Shown here: in pieces, positions 8,273 to 17,802 of the stretch
How positions within the stretch are numbered: position 1 is the first letter of the stretch
How the letters are laid out: every line of letters starts with the position of its first letter
Origin: an uncultured Bacillota bacterium
Lineage (GTDB): Bacteria; Bacillota_I; Bacilli_A; RFN20; CAG-288
Direction: 5' to 3'
Assembly: GCA_949299015.1 (NCBI GenBank)
Contig: CASFYT010000007.1
Location: forward strand, 12,636-76,635
DNA: 64,000 bases
Made by a program: the position numbers and the translations under genes
Notes under the pieces: model-generated
What the model was told of the DNA's origin: nothing
Seen by the model: the letters and a program-made list of their open reading frames with translations, nothing else
Databases searched by the model: none

Positions 8273-11185
8273 ATGAAAGAAGAAGACATTAAGAAAATCA
8301 TCCATTCGTATCCGAGGAATGTCTACGGACAGCTTCAGACGTCGGCGCAGGGCCTTTCGGAAGAAGAGGTCCAGAGGCGGACGGAGCAGTTCGGAAAGAA
8401 CGAAATCACCAAGGAAAAGAAGACGCCGCTGTGGAAGACGTTTGTCTCCAATTTCATTTCGCCGATGGCCATCCTGCTGTGGATTGCCGGCGTCCTCGCC
8501 TTGGTGACGTCGTTCATCGGAACGAAGCCGGACGTGACGCTCCAGGATCCCCAGATGCTCTACCTTGCCGTCGCCATCTGGCTCGTCAACGTCATCAACG
8601 GAATCTTTTCCTTCCTCCAGCAGTTCAAGGCGGGAAAGATGACCGACGCGCTGGCCAAGATGCTCCCCCAGTATGCACGGGTCATTCGGGACGGGGAGGA
8701 GAAGAGAATCTCCGCGACGGAACTCGTCCCGGGCGACATCATGATCCTTGCGGAAGGCGACCGCATTTCCGCGGACGCGCGCATCCTGATGTGCGACGAC
8801 CTTTCCTGCACGCAATCGGCCTTGGACGGCGAAGCGACTCCGGCGCGCAAGACCCATGAGCCGCTCAAGGAGGACCCCGACTCCCTGGTCGGCGCCAAGA
8901 ACCTCGTCTTTGCGGGAACGAGCGTCTCGACCGGTTCGGCACGCTGTGTCGTCATCGCGACGGGGATGGAGACCGAATTCGGCAAGATCGCTTCCTTGAC
9001 GCAGAACATTCAGACGAAGAAATCCCCCCTGCAGAAGGAAATCGAGCGGGTGACGAAGGTCATCTCCGTCATCGCCTGCTCCGTCGGCCTTCTGGTCTTC
9101 CTCCTCGGCGTGATCGTCAACGGCGTCCAGGAGCAGAGCTTCCAGCAGCCGACGCTGTATCTGGAACAATTCGTCTTTGCCCTCGGCATGATCGTCGCCT
9201 TCATCCCCGAAGGCCTTTCGCCTACGGTCACGCTCTCCCTGGCCAAGGCGGTCCAGAGAATCGCCAAGGACGGCGCCCTGATCAAGTCCCTGACCTCGGT
9301 CGAGACGCTCGGATCGGCGACGGTCATCTGCTCCGACAAGACGGGGACCCTGACGAAGAACGAGATGACGGTCAAGTCCCTCTACCTGGCGACGAACGTC
9401 CTTACGGTCACGGGAAACGGCTATTCCCCGGAGGGGCATATCGTCGATGAGACCGGCAAGGAGCACACGGGGCAGAACGATTCGGCCCTGAAGATGCTTT
9501 TGACGATCGGAGGACTTTGCTCCGATGCGCGTCTGATTCCACCCAGCCCGGACGGAGAGAACCGACACTATACGGTCCTTGGCGATCCGACCGAGGCCTG
9601 CCTCAGCGTGGCGGCGGAAAAAGGCCTTGTCAGTCCCGGAAACCAGCTGAACCTCATGCCGCGCATCCGGGAGCTGAACTTCGATTCCGTCCGGAAGCGG
9701 ATGTCGACGATCCACCAGCTGGATCGGACCATCGACGGCGCCCAGCGGATCAGCTTCACCAAGGGCGCGCCCAAGGAGGTCCTGGAGCGCTGTTCCTTCA
9801 TCCTCGACGGCGGCAAGGTCCGCCCGATCACCGAGGAGGACCGGAGGAAGGCGATGGACCAGAACGACCGCTATGCCCGTGACGGCCTCCGCGTCTTGGC
9901 CATGGCCTATCGACTCCTGAAGAAGGATGCCGACATCCCGGTCGCTCTCTCGGCCTATACCCCGGAGATCATCGAAAAGGAGATGGTCTTCGTCGGCCTG
10001 GAGGCGATGCAGGATCCGCCGCGGGAAGGCATCAAGGAAGCCATCGCCCAATGCCATCGCGCCGGCATCAAGGTCATCATGGTCACGGGAGACTATGGCC
10101 TGACGGCCTTGGCGATTGCCAAGAAGATCGGCATCGTCCATTCGGACAAGGAGATTGCGGTCATCACGGGAGCGGACCTGGCCAAGATGAGTGACGACGA
10201 GCTCAAGGAAAAGCTCAAGGGAGAGGTCCTCTTTGCCCGCATGGCTCCGGAACAGAAGTATCGCGTCGTGACCTGCCTCCAGGAATTGGGCGAGATCGTG
10301 GCGGTCACGGGAGACGGCGTCAACGATGCCCCGGCCCTGAAGAAGGCCGACATCGGCGTGGCGATGGGCATCACGGGCACGGACGTGGCCAAGGATGCGG
10401 CCGACATGATCCTGACCGACGACAACTTCGCCTCCATCGTCAAGGCGATCATGGAGGGAAGGACGGTCTACAGCAACATCAAGAAGTTCATCACCTACAT
10501 CTTCAATTCCAACGTGCCCGAAGCGATTCCGTTCCTGCTTCCGACCCTGACCGGGAACCTCGTCCCTCAACCTTTGACCATCATGGAAGTCCTCTTCGTC
10601 GACCTGGGAACGGACCTTGTTCCGGCCCTGGGCCTGGGAGCCGAGCTTCCCAACGACAGCGTCATGGACGAGAAGCCCCGTTCCAAGGATTCCCATCTGA
10701 TCGACAAGGCCCTCCTGGGCCGTGCCGGCTTCTATGGCCTTCTGACATCGGCCCTGGCGTTGGCGGCCTACTTCCTCTTCATCCTCTTCAACCAGACCCC
10801 GGGAACGCCCTTCCAATTCTTCAGCAGCGAGAACGATCCTTCGCTCTGGATGTCCTCGACGGCCGTCGTCATCGTCTCGATCGTCTTCTGCCAGATCGGC
10901 ATGGGGTTCAACTGCAGGACGGAGAGGGAGTCGGTCTTCAAGCTGGGACTCTTCTCCAACAAGCTTTTGGGCATCGGCCAGATCCTGGAGGTCGTCCTGG
11001 TCCTTGCCATCGTCTTCGTCCCGTGGATCAACACGGAAATCTTCCAGGCCTACAACATCACGACGTGGCAGATCTGGTTGATCCTGATCAGCTTCCCCTT
11101 CCTCGTCTTCTTCCTTGAGGAGGGGAGAAAGGCTCTCTTGCGTCGGAAGGAAGAAAAGCGAACAGGAAAGGAGAAGGCACTATGA
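8273..11185 (+). CDS. P-type cation-transporting ATPase, type II, with Na,K/H,K-ATPase-like (IIC-like) transmembrane signatures
   Basis: CSDKTGTLT phosphorylation motif, TGDGVNDAPALKKADIGVAMG hinge, PEGL in M4, SNVPEAIPFLL and VDLGTDLVPALGLGAE in M5/M6. AAGGGAGGG RBS before the ATG at 8273. Confidence 0.9.
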   Translation: MKEEDIKKIIHSYPRNVYGQLQTSAQGLSEEEVQRRTEQFGKNEITKEKKTPLWKTFVSNFISPMAILLWIAGVLALVTSFIGTKPDVTLQDPQMLYLAVAIWLVNVINGIFSFLQQFKAGKMTDALAKMLPQYARVIRDGEEKRISATELVPGDIMILAEGDRISADARILMCDDLSCTQSALDGEATPARKTHEPLKEDPDSLVGAKNLVFAGTSVSTGSARCVVIATGMETEFGKIASLTQNIQTKKSPLQKEIERVTKVISVIACSVGLLVFLLGVIVNGVQEQSFQQPTLYLEQFVFALGMIVAFIPEGLSPTVTLSLAKAVQRIAKDGALIKSLTSVETLGSATVICSDKTGTLTKNEMTVKSLYLATNVLTVTGNGYSPEGHIVDETGKEHTGQNDSALKMLLTIGGLCSDARLIPPSPDGENRHYTVLGDPTEACLSVAAEKGLVSPGNQLNLMPRIRELNFDSVRKRMSTIHQLDRTIDGAQRISFTKGAPKEVLERCSFILDGGKVRPITEEDRRKAMDQNDRYARDGLRVLAMAYRLLKKDADIPVALSAYTPEIIEKEMVFVGLEAMQDPPREGIKEAIAQCHRAGIKVIMVTGDYGLTALAIAKKIGIVHSDKEIAVITGADLAKMSDDELKEKLKGEVLFARMAPEQKYRVVTCLQELGEIVAVTGDGVNDAPALKKADIGVAMGITGTDVAKDAADMILTDDNFASIVKAIMEGRTVYSNIKKFITYIFNSNVPEAIPFLLPTLTGNLVPQPLTIMEVLFVDLGTDLVPALGLGAELPNDSVMDEKPRSKDSHLIDKALLGRAGFYGLLTSALALAAYFLFILFNQTPGTPFQFFSSENDPSLWMSSTAVVIVSIVFCQIGMGFNCRTERESVFKLGLFSNKLLGIGQILEVVLVLAIVFVPWINTEIFQAYNITTWQIWLILISFPFLVFFLEEGRKALLRRKEEKRTGKEKAL

Positions 11186-11832
11186 AAGCAATCGTCATCG
11201 GATGCGGAAGGCTTGGCTCGGCCATCGCCCTCGAACTCTTCCGAAAGGGAAACGAAGTGACGGTCGTCGACCGCGACCCCGACAGCTTCGCCCTCTTGGG
11301 AAACGAGTTCAACGGCAATACCATCGTCGGCATCGGCTTCGACAAGAACGTCCTTGAGGAAGCGGGCATCCAGTTCCAGGATGCCGTCATCTGCACGACG
11401 GACTCGGACGAGGTCAACGTCCTCTGCGGAAAGATCAGCAAGGACATCTTCATGGTCCCTCAGGTCATCGCCCGCCTCTATGATCCGCGCAAGGCCAAGA
11501 TCTTCGAGAGCCTGGGCATCAAGACCATCTCGACGACCGGCTACGGCGTCGACCGGGCCATCGAGCTGCTCAGCTACGACAAGATGGATTCCATCGCCCT
11601 TTTGGGGGCGAAGGGCGACACGGAACTGGTCCGCATCCATGCGACGACCAACGTCGAGGGCGCGACCGTCCAGGAGCTGACCTCGCCGGGAGAGTTCTCC
11701 CTTCTGGCCATCGTCCGGAACAAGGATTCCTTCCTGCCGAAGGCGGAGGACGTGGTCAAGACGGACGACATCCTCTACTTTGCCGTCAACATCCAGAAGA
11801 AGCACAAGCTGAAAGTGGTTCTTGGAATCTAG
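11182..11832 (+). CDS. TrkA/KtrA-type RCK protein (NAD-binding N domain + TrkA_C)
   Basis: Rossmann motif IGCGRLG at the N-terminus. 216 aa. The start ATG overlaps the ATPase stop (ATGA). Confidence 0.85.
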   Translation: MKAIVIGCGRLGSAIALELFRKGNEVTVVDRDPDSFALLGNEFNGNTIVGIGFDKNVLEEAGIQFQDAVICTTDSDEVNVLCGKISKDIFMVPQVIARLYDPRKAKIFESLGIKTISTTGYGVDRAIELLSYDKMDSIALLGAKGDTELVRIHATTNVEGATVQELTSPGEFSLLAIVRNKDSFLPKAEDVVKTDDILYFAVNIQKKHKLKVVLGI

Positions 11833-11844
11833 GAGGAAAAGGAT

Positions 11845-12519
11845 ATGAAAGTCATCATCATCGGCGGGGGACAGGTCGGAACGTACATGGCCGACCTCCT
11901 GATCAAGAACCACTGCCAGTTCGTCATCATCGAAGAGAACAGGGAACGGGTTCACAAGCTTCGGGAACGCTACGGGGAGGATCATGTCCTTCTCGGCAAC
12001 GGCACTTCTCCGACGATCCTGGAATCCGCCGAATGCGACAAGGCCGACGTCGTCACCTGCGTCACGGGCGCCGACGAGGTCAACCTCGTCGCCTCGACCA
12101 TCGCCAAGTTCGAGTTCCAGGCGCCGCGGGTCATCGCCCGCGTCAACAATCCGGTCAACGCCTGGCTGTTCAACCTCGGCATGGGGGTCGACGCTTCGGT
12201 CAACCAGGCCGACATCATCTCCCACATGGTCGTCGAGGAGATGTCCATGAAGTCCTTGATGACCCTGATGCAGCTCTCGCGGGGCGGCTATTCCATCATC
12301 CAGCTGACGGTCCAGGAGCAGAGCCAGGCCGTCGGCAAGGCCATCAAGGACATCCTCCTTCCGTCCTCATGCCTGATGATCGCCATCTACCGGGGCGAGA
12401 CGATGCTCATCCCGCACGGGAACACGTCGATCTTCCCGGGAGACAAGATCATGCTCTTCTCCGACGTCAAGGCACACGAGAAGCTCGAGGAGCTCTTCGG
12501 GCACGCCAAGGTCCACTGA
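11845..12519 (+). CDS. TrkA/KtrA-type RCK protein, second copy
   Basis: IIGGGQVG Rossmann motif and a C-terminal TrkA_C-like segment (..GDKIMLFSD..). AGGAGGAAAAGG RBS. Confidence 0.85.
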   Translation: MKVIIIGGGQVGTYMADLLIKNHCQFVIIEENRERVHKLRERYGEDHVLLGNGTSPTILESAECDKADVVTCVTGADEVNLVASTIAKFEFQAPRVIARVNNPVNAWLFNLGMGVDASVNQADIISHMVVEEMSMKSLMTLMQLSRGGYSIIQLTVQEQSQAVGKAIKDILLPSSCLMIAIYRGETMLIPHGNTSIFPGDKIMLFSDVKAHEKLEELFGHAKVH

Positions 12520-12538
12520 CCTTGGCGGATCGTCGATT

Positions 12539-12567
12539 GAGGCAGGGGATCCCCTGCCTCATTTTTT
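12539..12567 (+). terminator. Rho-independent terminator after the trkA pair
   Basis: Perfect 22-nt palindrome GAGGCAGGGGATCCCCTGCCTC followed by ATTTTTT. The stop codon of the convergent gene (12559-12561) lies inside the hairpin. Confidence 0.65.
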
Positions 12568-15126
12568 CTTTGTCTTCTTCCCGGTCAGGCAGGGCCAAAG
12601 GCCGAGCAGGGGAATCAGGGAGGCGAGGAACAGGACGAGGAGGTCGTATCCGGTGACGAAGAGGCGCACGGCGGAGACGGCATTGAAGATCGCCAGGGAG
12701 ATTCCCCAGAGGGCGGTCGACAGGGCAAGGGCGCAGAGGGACGGGAGGGCGGCGGAGAGGCCGAGCAGGAGGGTCCTCTGCGGGCGGGTCCGGTAGACGC
12801 GGTCGATCGGAAGCCGGTCGCGGTTCTGGATCCAGGCGAGGGAAATCTGCCAGAGGAGGACTCCGACGACGATTATGGAAAGATAGGGGAACCAGTAAGG
12901 GGACAGGGATAAGATGCGTTGGAGGGAATCATCGTAGTCATACCAGTCATAGCCATCAAACTGAAAGCCGGTATCAATGTCCAAGACACGGAGGAGGCTT
13001 TCCTCATCGGTCGGTGTCAATATTGTGTTGCCCTGGAACGGGAAAAGATCCATTTCCGAATAGTTTTCTTTTCCAATGGTCAGACGGCTCCGCTCATCGA
13101 GGGTGAATCCAACGACGAGGAGTTCCTTGCCCGGAACATAATCGTTATCCTTTTCCACCTTCCACGTTCCGTCTGTCCAGAATGTGGAATGGTTTCGAAA
13201 ATTGGCGATGACGGTTTGAAAGTAGATTTCTGCAAGCTTATCGGAAAAGAAGGGGTTGGAAAGAGAACCATAGTAGGTGATGTAAAGAAATTCATCCTGA
13301 AGATAGTCTTGGAATATCACTCTTTTGTCCTCGTCAGGAATCGTTTCTGGAGTCTCTGCTCCTTGATTTTGATAATATTCGCTTATATTGGGCGCCATTG
13401 CTTTAGGACAATTGGAAAACGCATAGTCGATGGCGTCCTTAGTACTGATGAGATCGATGGCGTTGTCTCGGAGAATCTCGGCAAAAAAATGACGTGGTGT
13501 TGCTCGGATGACGAAATCCTGGTGACTTGGATGATACGATCCCGGAATGACAAATACCTCAGTCTTATCATCGGTCAGATAATCCAGAAAGTAATAATAT
13601 GGGATGAGAATTTCGTTTTTTCCAAGATTGTTCTTTCCTTGATTGAAGAATAGATTGCCATAATAGGAAGAAGAGAAAGGGGTTATGAAAGGGTAACCTT
13701 CGGTATACTCCAAACAAACGCTTTCTTTGGTCTTGTCATTTTTCAGAATAGGGCTGCCAGGCAATGTCGTTGTAAATTGGATGGGCATGCGATTGTCAAG
13801 CATGAACTCATAAAAGGAAGGGGAGATATAGGCGGCATCAAGAATGGGTGACATCGAATTCATGTCAGAGCTGGCATCATACCGAAGTCTGGAAAAGTTG
13901 ATAAAACCGCAGATGTGAGGATAGTATCGCCGTGTACCAGACACGATTTCGATTGGTTTTCCAATGAGAAAATCCATACTTGGATTTGAAAATCTTTCTC
14001 CGGTCAGTGGATTTCGATATCCATTATCGGTTAGTACCATATATTGTTCTTTTGTCATGACGATATCGTGTTGATCATAGGGGAATGTCCCGGCGTCCAG
14101 CTGGCAGATGGAACGCAAACCGGGCAAAAAAAGATTGATCGAGCTACTCCAGGAATCATCAAGTCGAACCCTTGCTACTCCTTGCTGGATTGATGGAGTG
14201 CCAATGATGCCAGGGATGTCGTAGAGGTTTTTTGTTTCTTCGATGGAATTGATATTCAAATCCATTACCGGTTCCTTGTAGTTTCTCGCGAAGTAATCAT
14301 TCTTAATTTTGCTATCATCCCTCGTTTGATACGTTATAGAAAATCCAAGGAAAGATGAGAGAAGAACAAAGAATCCGAAGAATGCTAGAGTTAGGCAGCT
14401 GTGCGGAAGATAGCGCTTTAGATGCCGAAGGGCCGAGGCGGCCTTTCTTTTGGGGAGGAGTGGAAGGCGAAAGCTGTTCTCGAAGCACAGAGGATCGATT
14501 TTGTTCATCACAAGGCATTGTTTGGATGTCATCCTCACTTCGAAGTCAACGTCTCCAAGGGAAATGTCTGCTTCCGTAAAGACAAGAAAAAGGGAAGAAT
14601 TTTTTCTCTTATGCACCTCGCTTCGGAGGATCTCATTTTCGCAAAGTTCGAAGGCGTTTAGAACGATGTTCAAGGGGGTCTGGCGGACGAAGGCACGTGC
14701 AAATTGCGCTAGGATCCTTTGGGAAGGGGAGAGTTTTGCAACGGCGGAATTCCTCATCCCTGCCAAACCAAGTTTCTGCAGAGTCTTTTGAATGATGTCA
14801 CTTGAAGAGCCGAACTCATTTTTTTGTTCTCCAAGAGCCAGAAGGAGGTTTTCCTCCAGCGTCCATTGCCAATTCCAAGAGTCGGAGCAATTGACGATGG
14901 AGATGTTGTGGAACACGAAGTCTTGCTTTTCAGAAGAAGACAGGTCAGAGAGATCCGTTTCATCGAATCGACAGGAGTAGGAAGAAGTCTTTTTTCGGAG
15001 GCAGATGGCATGAACTAAGGAGTCTCGATCTTCTTTCGAACAATGGATGAGAACCAGCCCTTTGGCAGGAAGGGAAAGAGAATGACAGGGTCGGCCGTCC
15101 GTTCCTAATTTCTCAATATCAATCAT
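12559..15126 (-). CDS. MacB/FtsX-architecture membrane protein with a degenerate N-terminal ABC ATPase-like domain
   Basis: The N-terminal ~210 aa keep an ABC signature-like LSPSQRILAQFARAF, but Walker A is replaced (..IHCSKEDRDS..) and Walker B D-E becomes N-A (IVLNAFE). One TM (LTLAFFGFFVLLSSFLGF) follows, then ~480 aa of extracytoplasmic sequence and 3 C-terminal TMs. GGGGAG RBS 8 nt before the ATG at 15126. Low GC. Confidence 0.65.
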   Translation of the reverse strand: MIDIEKLGTDGRPCHSLSLPAKGLVLIHCSKEDRDSLVHAICLRKKTSSYSCRFDETDLSDLSSSEKQDFVFHNISIVNCSDSWNWQWTLEENLLLALGEQKNEFGSSSDIIQKTLQKLGLAGMRNSAVAKLSPSQRILAQFARAFVRQTPLNIVLNAFELCENEILRSEVHKRKNSSLFLVFTEADISLGDVDFEVRMTSKQCLVMNKIDPLCFENSFRLPLLPKRKAASALRHLKRYLPHSCLTLAFFGFFVLLSSFLGFSITYQTRDDSKIKNDYFARNYKEPVMDLNINSIEETKNLYDIPGIIGTPSIQQGVARVRLDDSWSSSINLFLPGLRSICQLDAGTFPYDQHDIVMTKEQYMVLTDNGYRNPLTGERFSNPSMDFLIGKPIEIVSGTRRYYPHICGFINFSRLRYDASSDMNSMSPILDAAYISPSFYEFMLDNRMPIQFTTTLPGSPILKNDKTKESVCLEYTEGYPFITPFSSSYYGNLFFNQGKNNLGKNEILIPYYYFLDYLTDDKTEVFVIPGSYHPSHQDFVIRATPRHFFAEILRDNAIDLISTKDAIDYAFSNCPKAMAPNISEYYQNQGAETPETIPDEDKRVIFQDYLQDEFLYITYYGSLSNPFFSDKLAEIYFQTVIANFRNHSTFWTDGTWKVEKDNDYVPGKELLVVGFTLDERSRLTIGKENYSEMDLFPFQGNTILTPTDEESLLRVLDIDTGFQFDGYDWYDYDDSLQRILSLSPYWFPYLSIIVVGVLLWQISLAWIQNRDRLPIDRVYRTRPQRTLLLGLSAALPSLCALALSTALWGISLAIFNAVSAVRLFVTGYDLLVLFLASLIPLLGLWPCLTGKKTKKK

Positions 15127-15140
15127 CAATCAATCTCCCC

Positions 15141-17780
15141 TTAGCTCATCCCTTCGAAAAGCAAGGTTATTCCGCCATACATCATCGGATCATTGCAGGA
15201 AAGTTCAAGAAAATAGACCTTGTTGGCTTCTATGCGCATCTCAGTTCCTATGCCGATGCAATCCGAATCATATCGGCTTAAGACATAAGAGGATATGAGG
15301 ACGGACAGTTTTACTTCTGGAACCAAAGATGTCGAGTAATTCAAGCCAACTGTAAACCGGATTTGCTTTGTTGATTGCTGGCGGATTAAGAAACAGACCG
15401 TTTTGTTCCTTAAACTATATATCTCCAATTCATTTTTCTCGTTTCCCTTTCGAATTTCTGGCAAGTAGGTCTCTTTAACGACATCTAGATAGAATTCAGT
15501 GCGAGATGTGGGATTCCCCATTCCAGTCACGATGAAATAGTCTGTGTTGGCACGAAGGTAAACAACAAAGCCGGCAGCAAGATTTCCAAAGCTGTCATCA
15601 TCGCTCATGAGCTCTGTGTAATTGGAATCCAGAAGCATCAAGGTCGTATCGAGTGATTGCGCTACATATTCTGGTCTGGCAAAAATCGTGTAGAGCCCGT
15701 CTTCAGGAGCATAAAAATGATTCGTGGAATAGCATCCTCTGTATTCGATTTTCTGGGACAGTCTTTTCAGTCCTGTAGTGGGGAAAGAGGGTAGACCGGG
15801 ATTCGCATAGTAGATTGACAGCTCCGCTTGCCCAAATTTCTTTTCCTGTAGATTCGATTCACTCCAAAGTGATATATTGTAGGTCTTGTTCGCAGAGAAA
15901 TGAATGCATCTTTTGATGCTGACATACGGAGAGACTGCGTATTTGGTGTTGCTGCTGAATGGTTCAAGGATTTCTATTGAACCGAATTTTTCAGTTTCAC
16001 CGTCTATAGAGAAACAAAAATTCCTAGGCAATTGTGTAAAAACAAGGTTATAATTTCCTGAAAATGGTGGTGAAAACTGAAAAACGAATGGTGATGCTCC
16101 GCCAAAGACCGCATAATTTGGTTCTGATAGTTTCAATTCTTGGGGTGGAAAATTGACTATCTCTCCAAAAAGATAACTCCATTCCCCTTCCATTGATTGA
16201 ATTTCCGTGGCTGTGCCATATCCAGTATCGTTTCGAATTTCGAACTTCAATTCATGGGAAATGAGAGCGACATAGTCATCGCTCAATTCTGAAGATAGTA
16301 TTTGTGCTCCAAACGACATGCTATCGGTGCTGTCCTTGAAAAGCAATACCGAATCTTTGAGCTTAGGAGGCGTAATAGAAGCATACTTCTTTTTATCGGA
16401 TTCCTGAAAGTTGGTCGATGAAGTAATGGTATTATCTGTCCAGGTGTATTTATTGTTTCCGTTACTCACATATTGACTATCCTTATATGTACATAATACT
16501 TCCTCGATGGTATCTGTAATGACGGAGTACAGTGTACCGATAATGAATTGTGATAGTGTTGATAAACTGCTTGTCATTGCTCCTAAAGCAAGATTTCCGA
16601 GGAAAAAAGCTGCTTTAGTCATGATTTCTAGATTTGACGTATCTGGAATTTGGCCGATCAGGGCACAGCAGATGTTTCCCAGTCCGTATCCATAATCGGT
16701 ATCAAAGTCATAATCTGAAGCGCCTGGATTCGGGTGGTGGGCCTGGTTTTGGTTATCGGCAAGATCGACATAGGCCAAACCCATTTCGTATTCGGGATTG
16801 GCAATGCAATATGTGTTGTCAACGTCGGCTCTGACGACGTTGAAGTCATAGTCGTATCGATAGTTCTTGTGGAGGACGTTTTTGACGGTGACGATATCCT
16901 TCGTGGTCTCGTTCGCCTTGATCTGCTCGAGGTCGAAGATGAGGACGCTGCTTATCTTGTTGTTCCCATAGTCGGTATAGGTGTTGATGAAATAGCCCCA
17001 TTCCAGTCCGAACCTTTGATGCATGCCGGTCTGCTGAAAGTATGGTTTCGGAATCAAATTGACGATGCCGTCGTCGGAAGTGGGGAGCAGCTGGGAGCCA
17101 AATGGCAAGGAGGGAGCCTCGATGCCCCTGTCCATGTTTTGAAGATAGTCGTCGAGCAGGGACTGGTTTCCCGTAAAATCACTTTCGTTATCGTCAGCGC
17201 TCATTTTTGCGATTTCGGGTTCTTGGACCGACGATTTATAGTTCGCCTCTACGTTTAAGGAGTACAGCATTCGCGAATAGGTTTCTTCGTCTGGGCTGCG
17301 CGGTGATACATGTTGTTCGATTTGTGCGAGACGAGAGGAGGGAATCGGGAAAAACGTCTGATAGAGCCCGCCTTCCCTTTTCTCTATTGTCTCGATGACG
17401 CAGGAAGAGGAACTGAGGTCCGACATCCCGTAGAAATCGTAGCTGCCGGGGGTCATGATCGCCTTGGCTTCTAGAAGGGACGGCTCGGCGCCGTCAAGAA
17501 CATCGGCGACATAAAAGGAGTTGCTGCCGGTGTCGTATCGGTACAATGTGTATCGACTCAGCGTGTCCATGATGGCGTCGACGTCCTTGCTGACGGCGAC
17601 ATGGAATCCTTCCGGCAGTTCCTCCTCGAAAGAGCGGCTGGTCCTGTCCGTGGACAGGACCGCCTGAGCCCTTTCCATTCGCGTGTCTCCTCCGGCGTCA
17701 CGGATGCCGAAAGGTGTCATGGAAGTGCCACAAAACAGGAAAATCAGGAAAGAGGAGAACAGAAACGTCATCTTTTTCAT
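15141..17780 (-). CDS. Large secreted protein of unknown function (879 aa) with C-terminal beta-sandwich (PPC-like) modules
   Basis: Signal peptide MKKMTFLFSSFLIFLFCGTS from the ATG at 17780. No catalytic motif recognised. The C-terminal segment (..LYTIFARPEY..LMLLDSNYTELMSDDDS..AGFVVYLRANTDYFIVT..) resembles pre-peptidase C-terminal domains. Very low GC, ~33% in one hand-counted sample. Confidence 0.7.
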   Translation of the reverse strand: MKKMTFLFSSFLIFLFCGTSMTPFGIRDAGGDTRMERAQAVLSTDRTSRSFEEELPEGFHVAVSKDVDAIMDTLSRYTLYRYDTGSNSFYVADVLDGAEPSLLEAKAIMTPGSYDFYGMSDLSSSSCVIETIEKREGGLYQTFFPIPSSRLAQIEQHVSPRSPDEETYSRMLYSLNVEANYKSSVQEPEIAKMSADDNESDFTGNQSLLDDYLQNMDRGIEAPSLPFGSQLLPTSDDGIVNLIPKPYFQQTGMHQRFGLEWGYFINTYTDYGNNKISSVLIFDLEQIKANETTKDIVTVKNVLHKNYRYDYDFNVVRADVDNTYCIANPEYEMGLAYVDLADNQNQAHHPNPGASDYDFDTDYGYGLGNICCALIGQIPDTSNLEIMTKAAFFLGNLALGAMTSSLSTLSQFIIGTLYSVITDTIEEVLCTYKDSQYVSNGNNKYTWTDNTITSSTNFQESDKKKYASITPPKLKDSVLLFKDSTDSMSFGAQILSSELSDDYVALISHELKFEIRNDTGYGTATEIQSMEGEWSYLFGEIVNFPPQELKLSEPNYAVFGGASPFVFQFSPPFSGNYNLVFTQLPRNFCFSIDGETEKFGSIEILEPFSSNTKYAVSPYVSIKRCIHFSANKTYNISLWSESNLQEKKFGQAELSIYYANPGLPSFPTTGLKRLSQKIEYRGCYSTNHFYAPEDGLYTIFARPEYVAQSLDTTLMLLDSNYTELMSDDDSFGNLAAGFVVYLRANTDYFIVTGMGNPTSRTEFYLDVVKETYLPEIRKGNEKNELEIYSLRNKTVCFLIRQQSTKQIRFTVGLNYSTSLVPEVKLSVLISSYVLSRYDSDCIGIGTEMRIEANKVYFLELSCNDPMMYGGITLLFEGMS

Positions 17781-17802
17781 ACCATTTGCACCTCTTGCCC
17801 TT

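Noticed and set aside
8246-10816. 856-aa ORF antisense to the P-type ATPase.
   Set aside because: It is a shadow ORF. The product is low-complexity and rich in R, G, D, L and E, with no motifs. It lies entirely inside a gene with unmistakable P-type ATPase motifs on the other strand, which is typical of GC-rich third-position codon bias.
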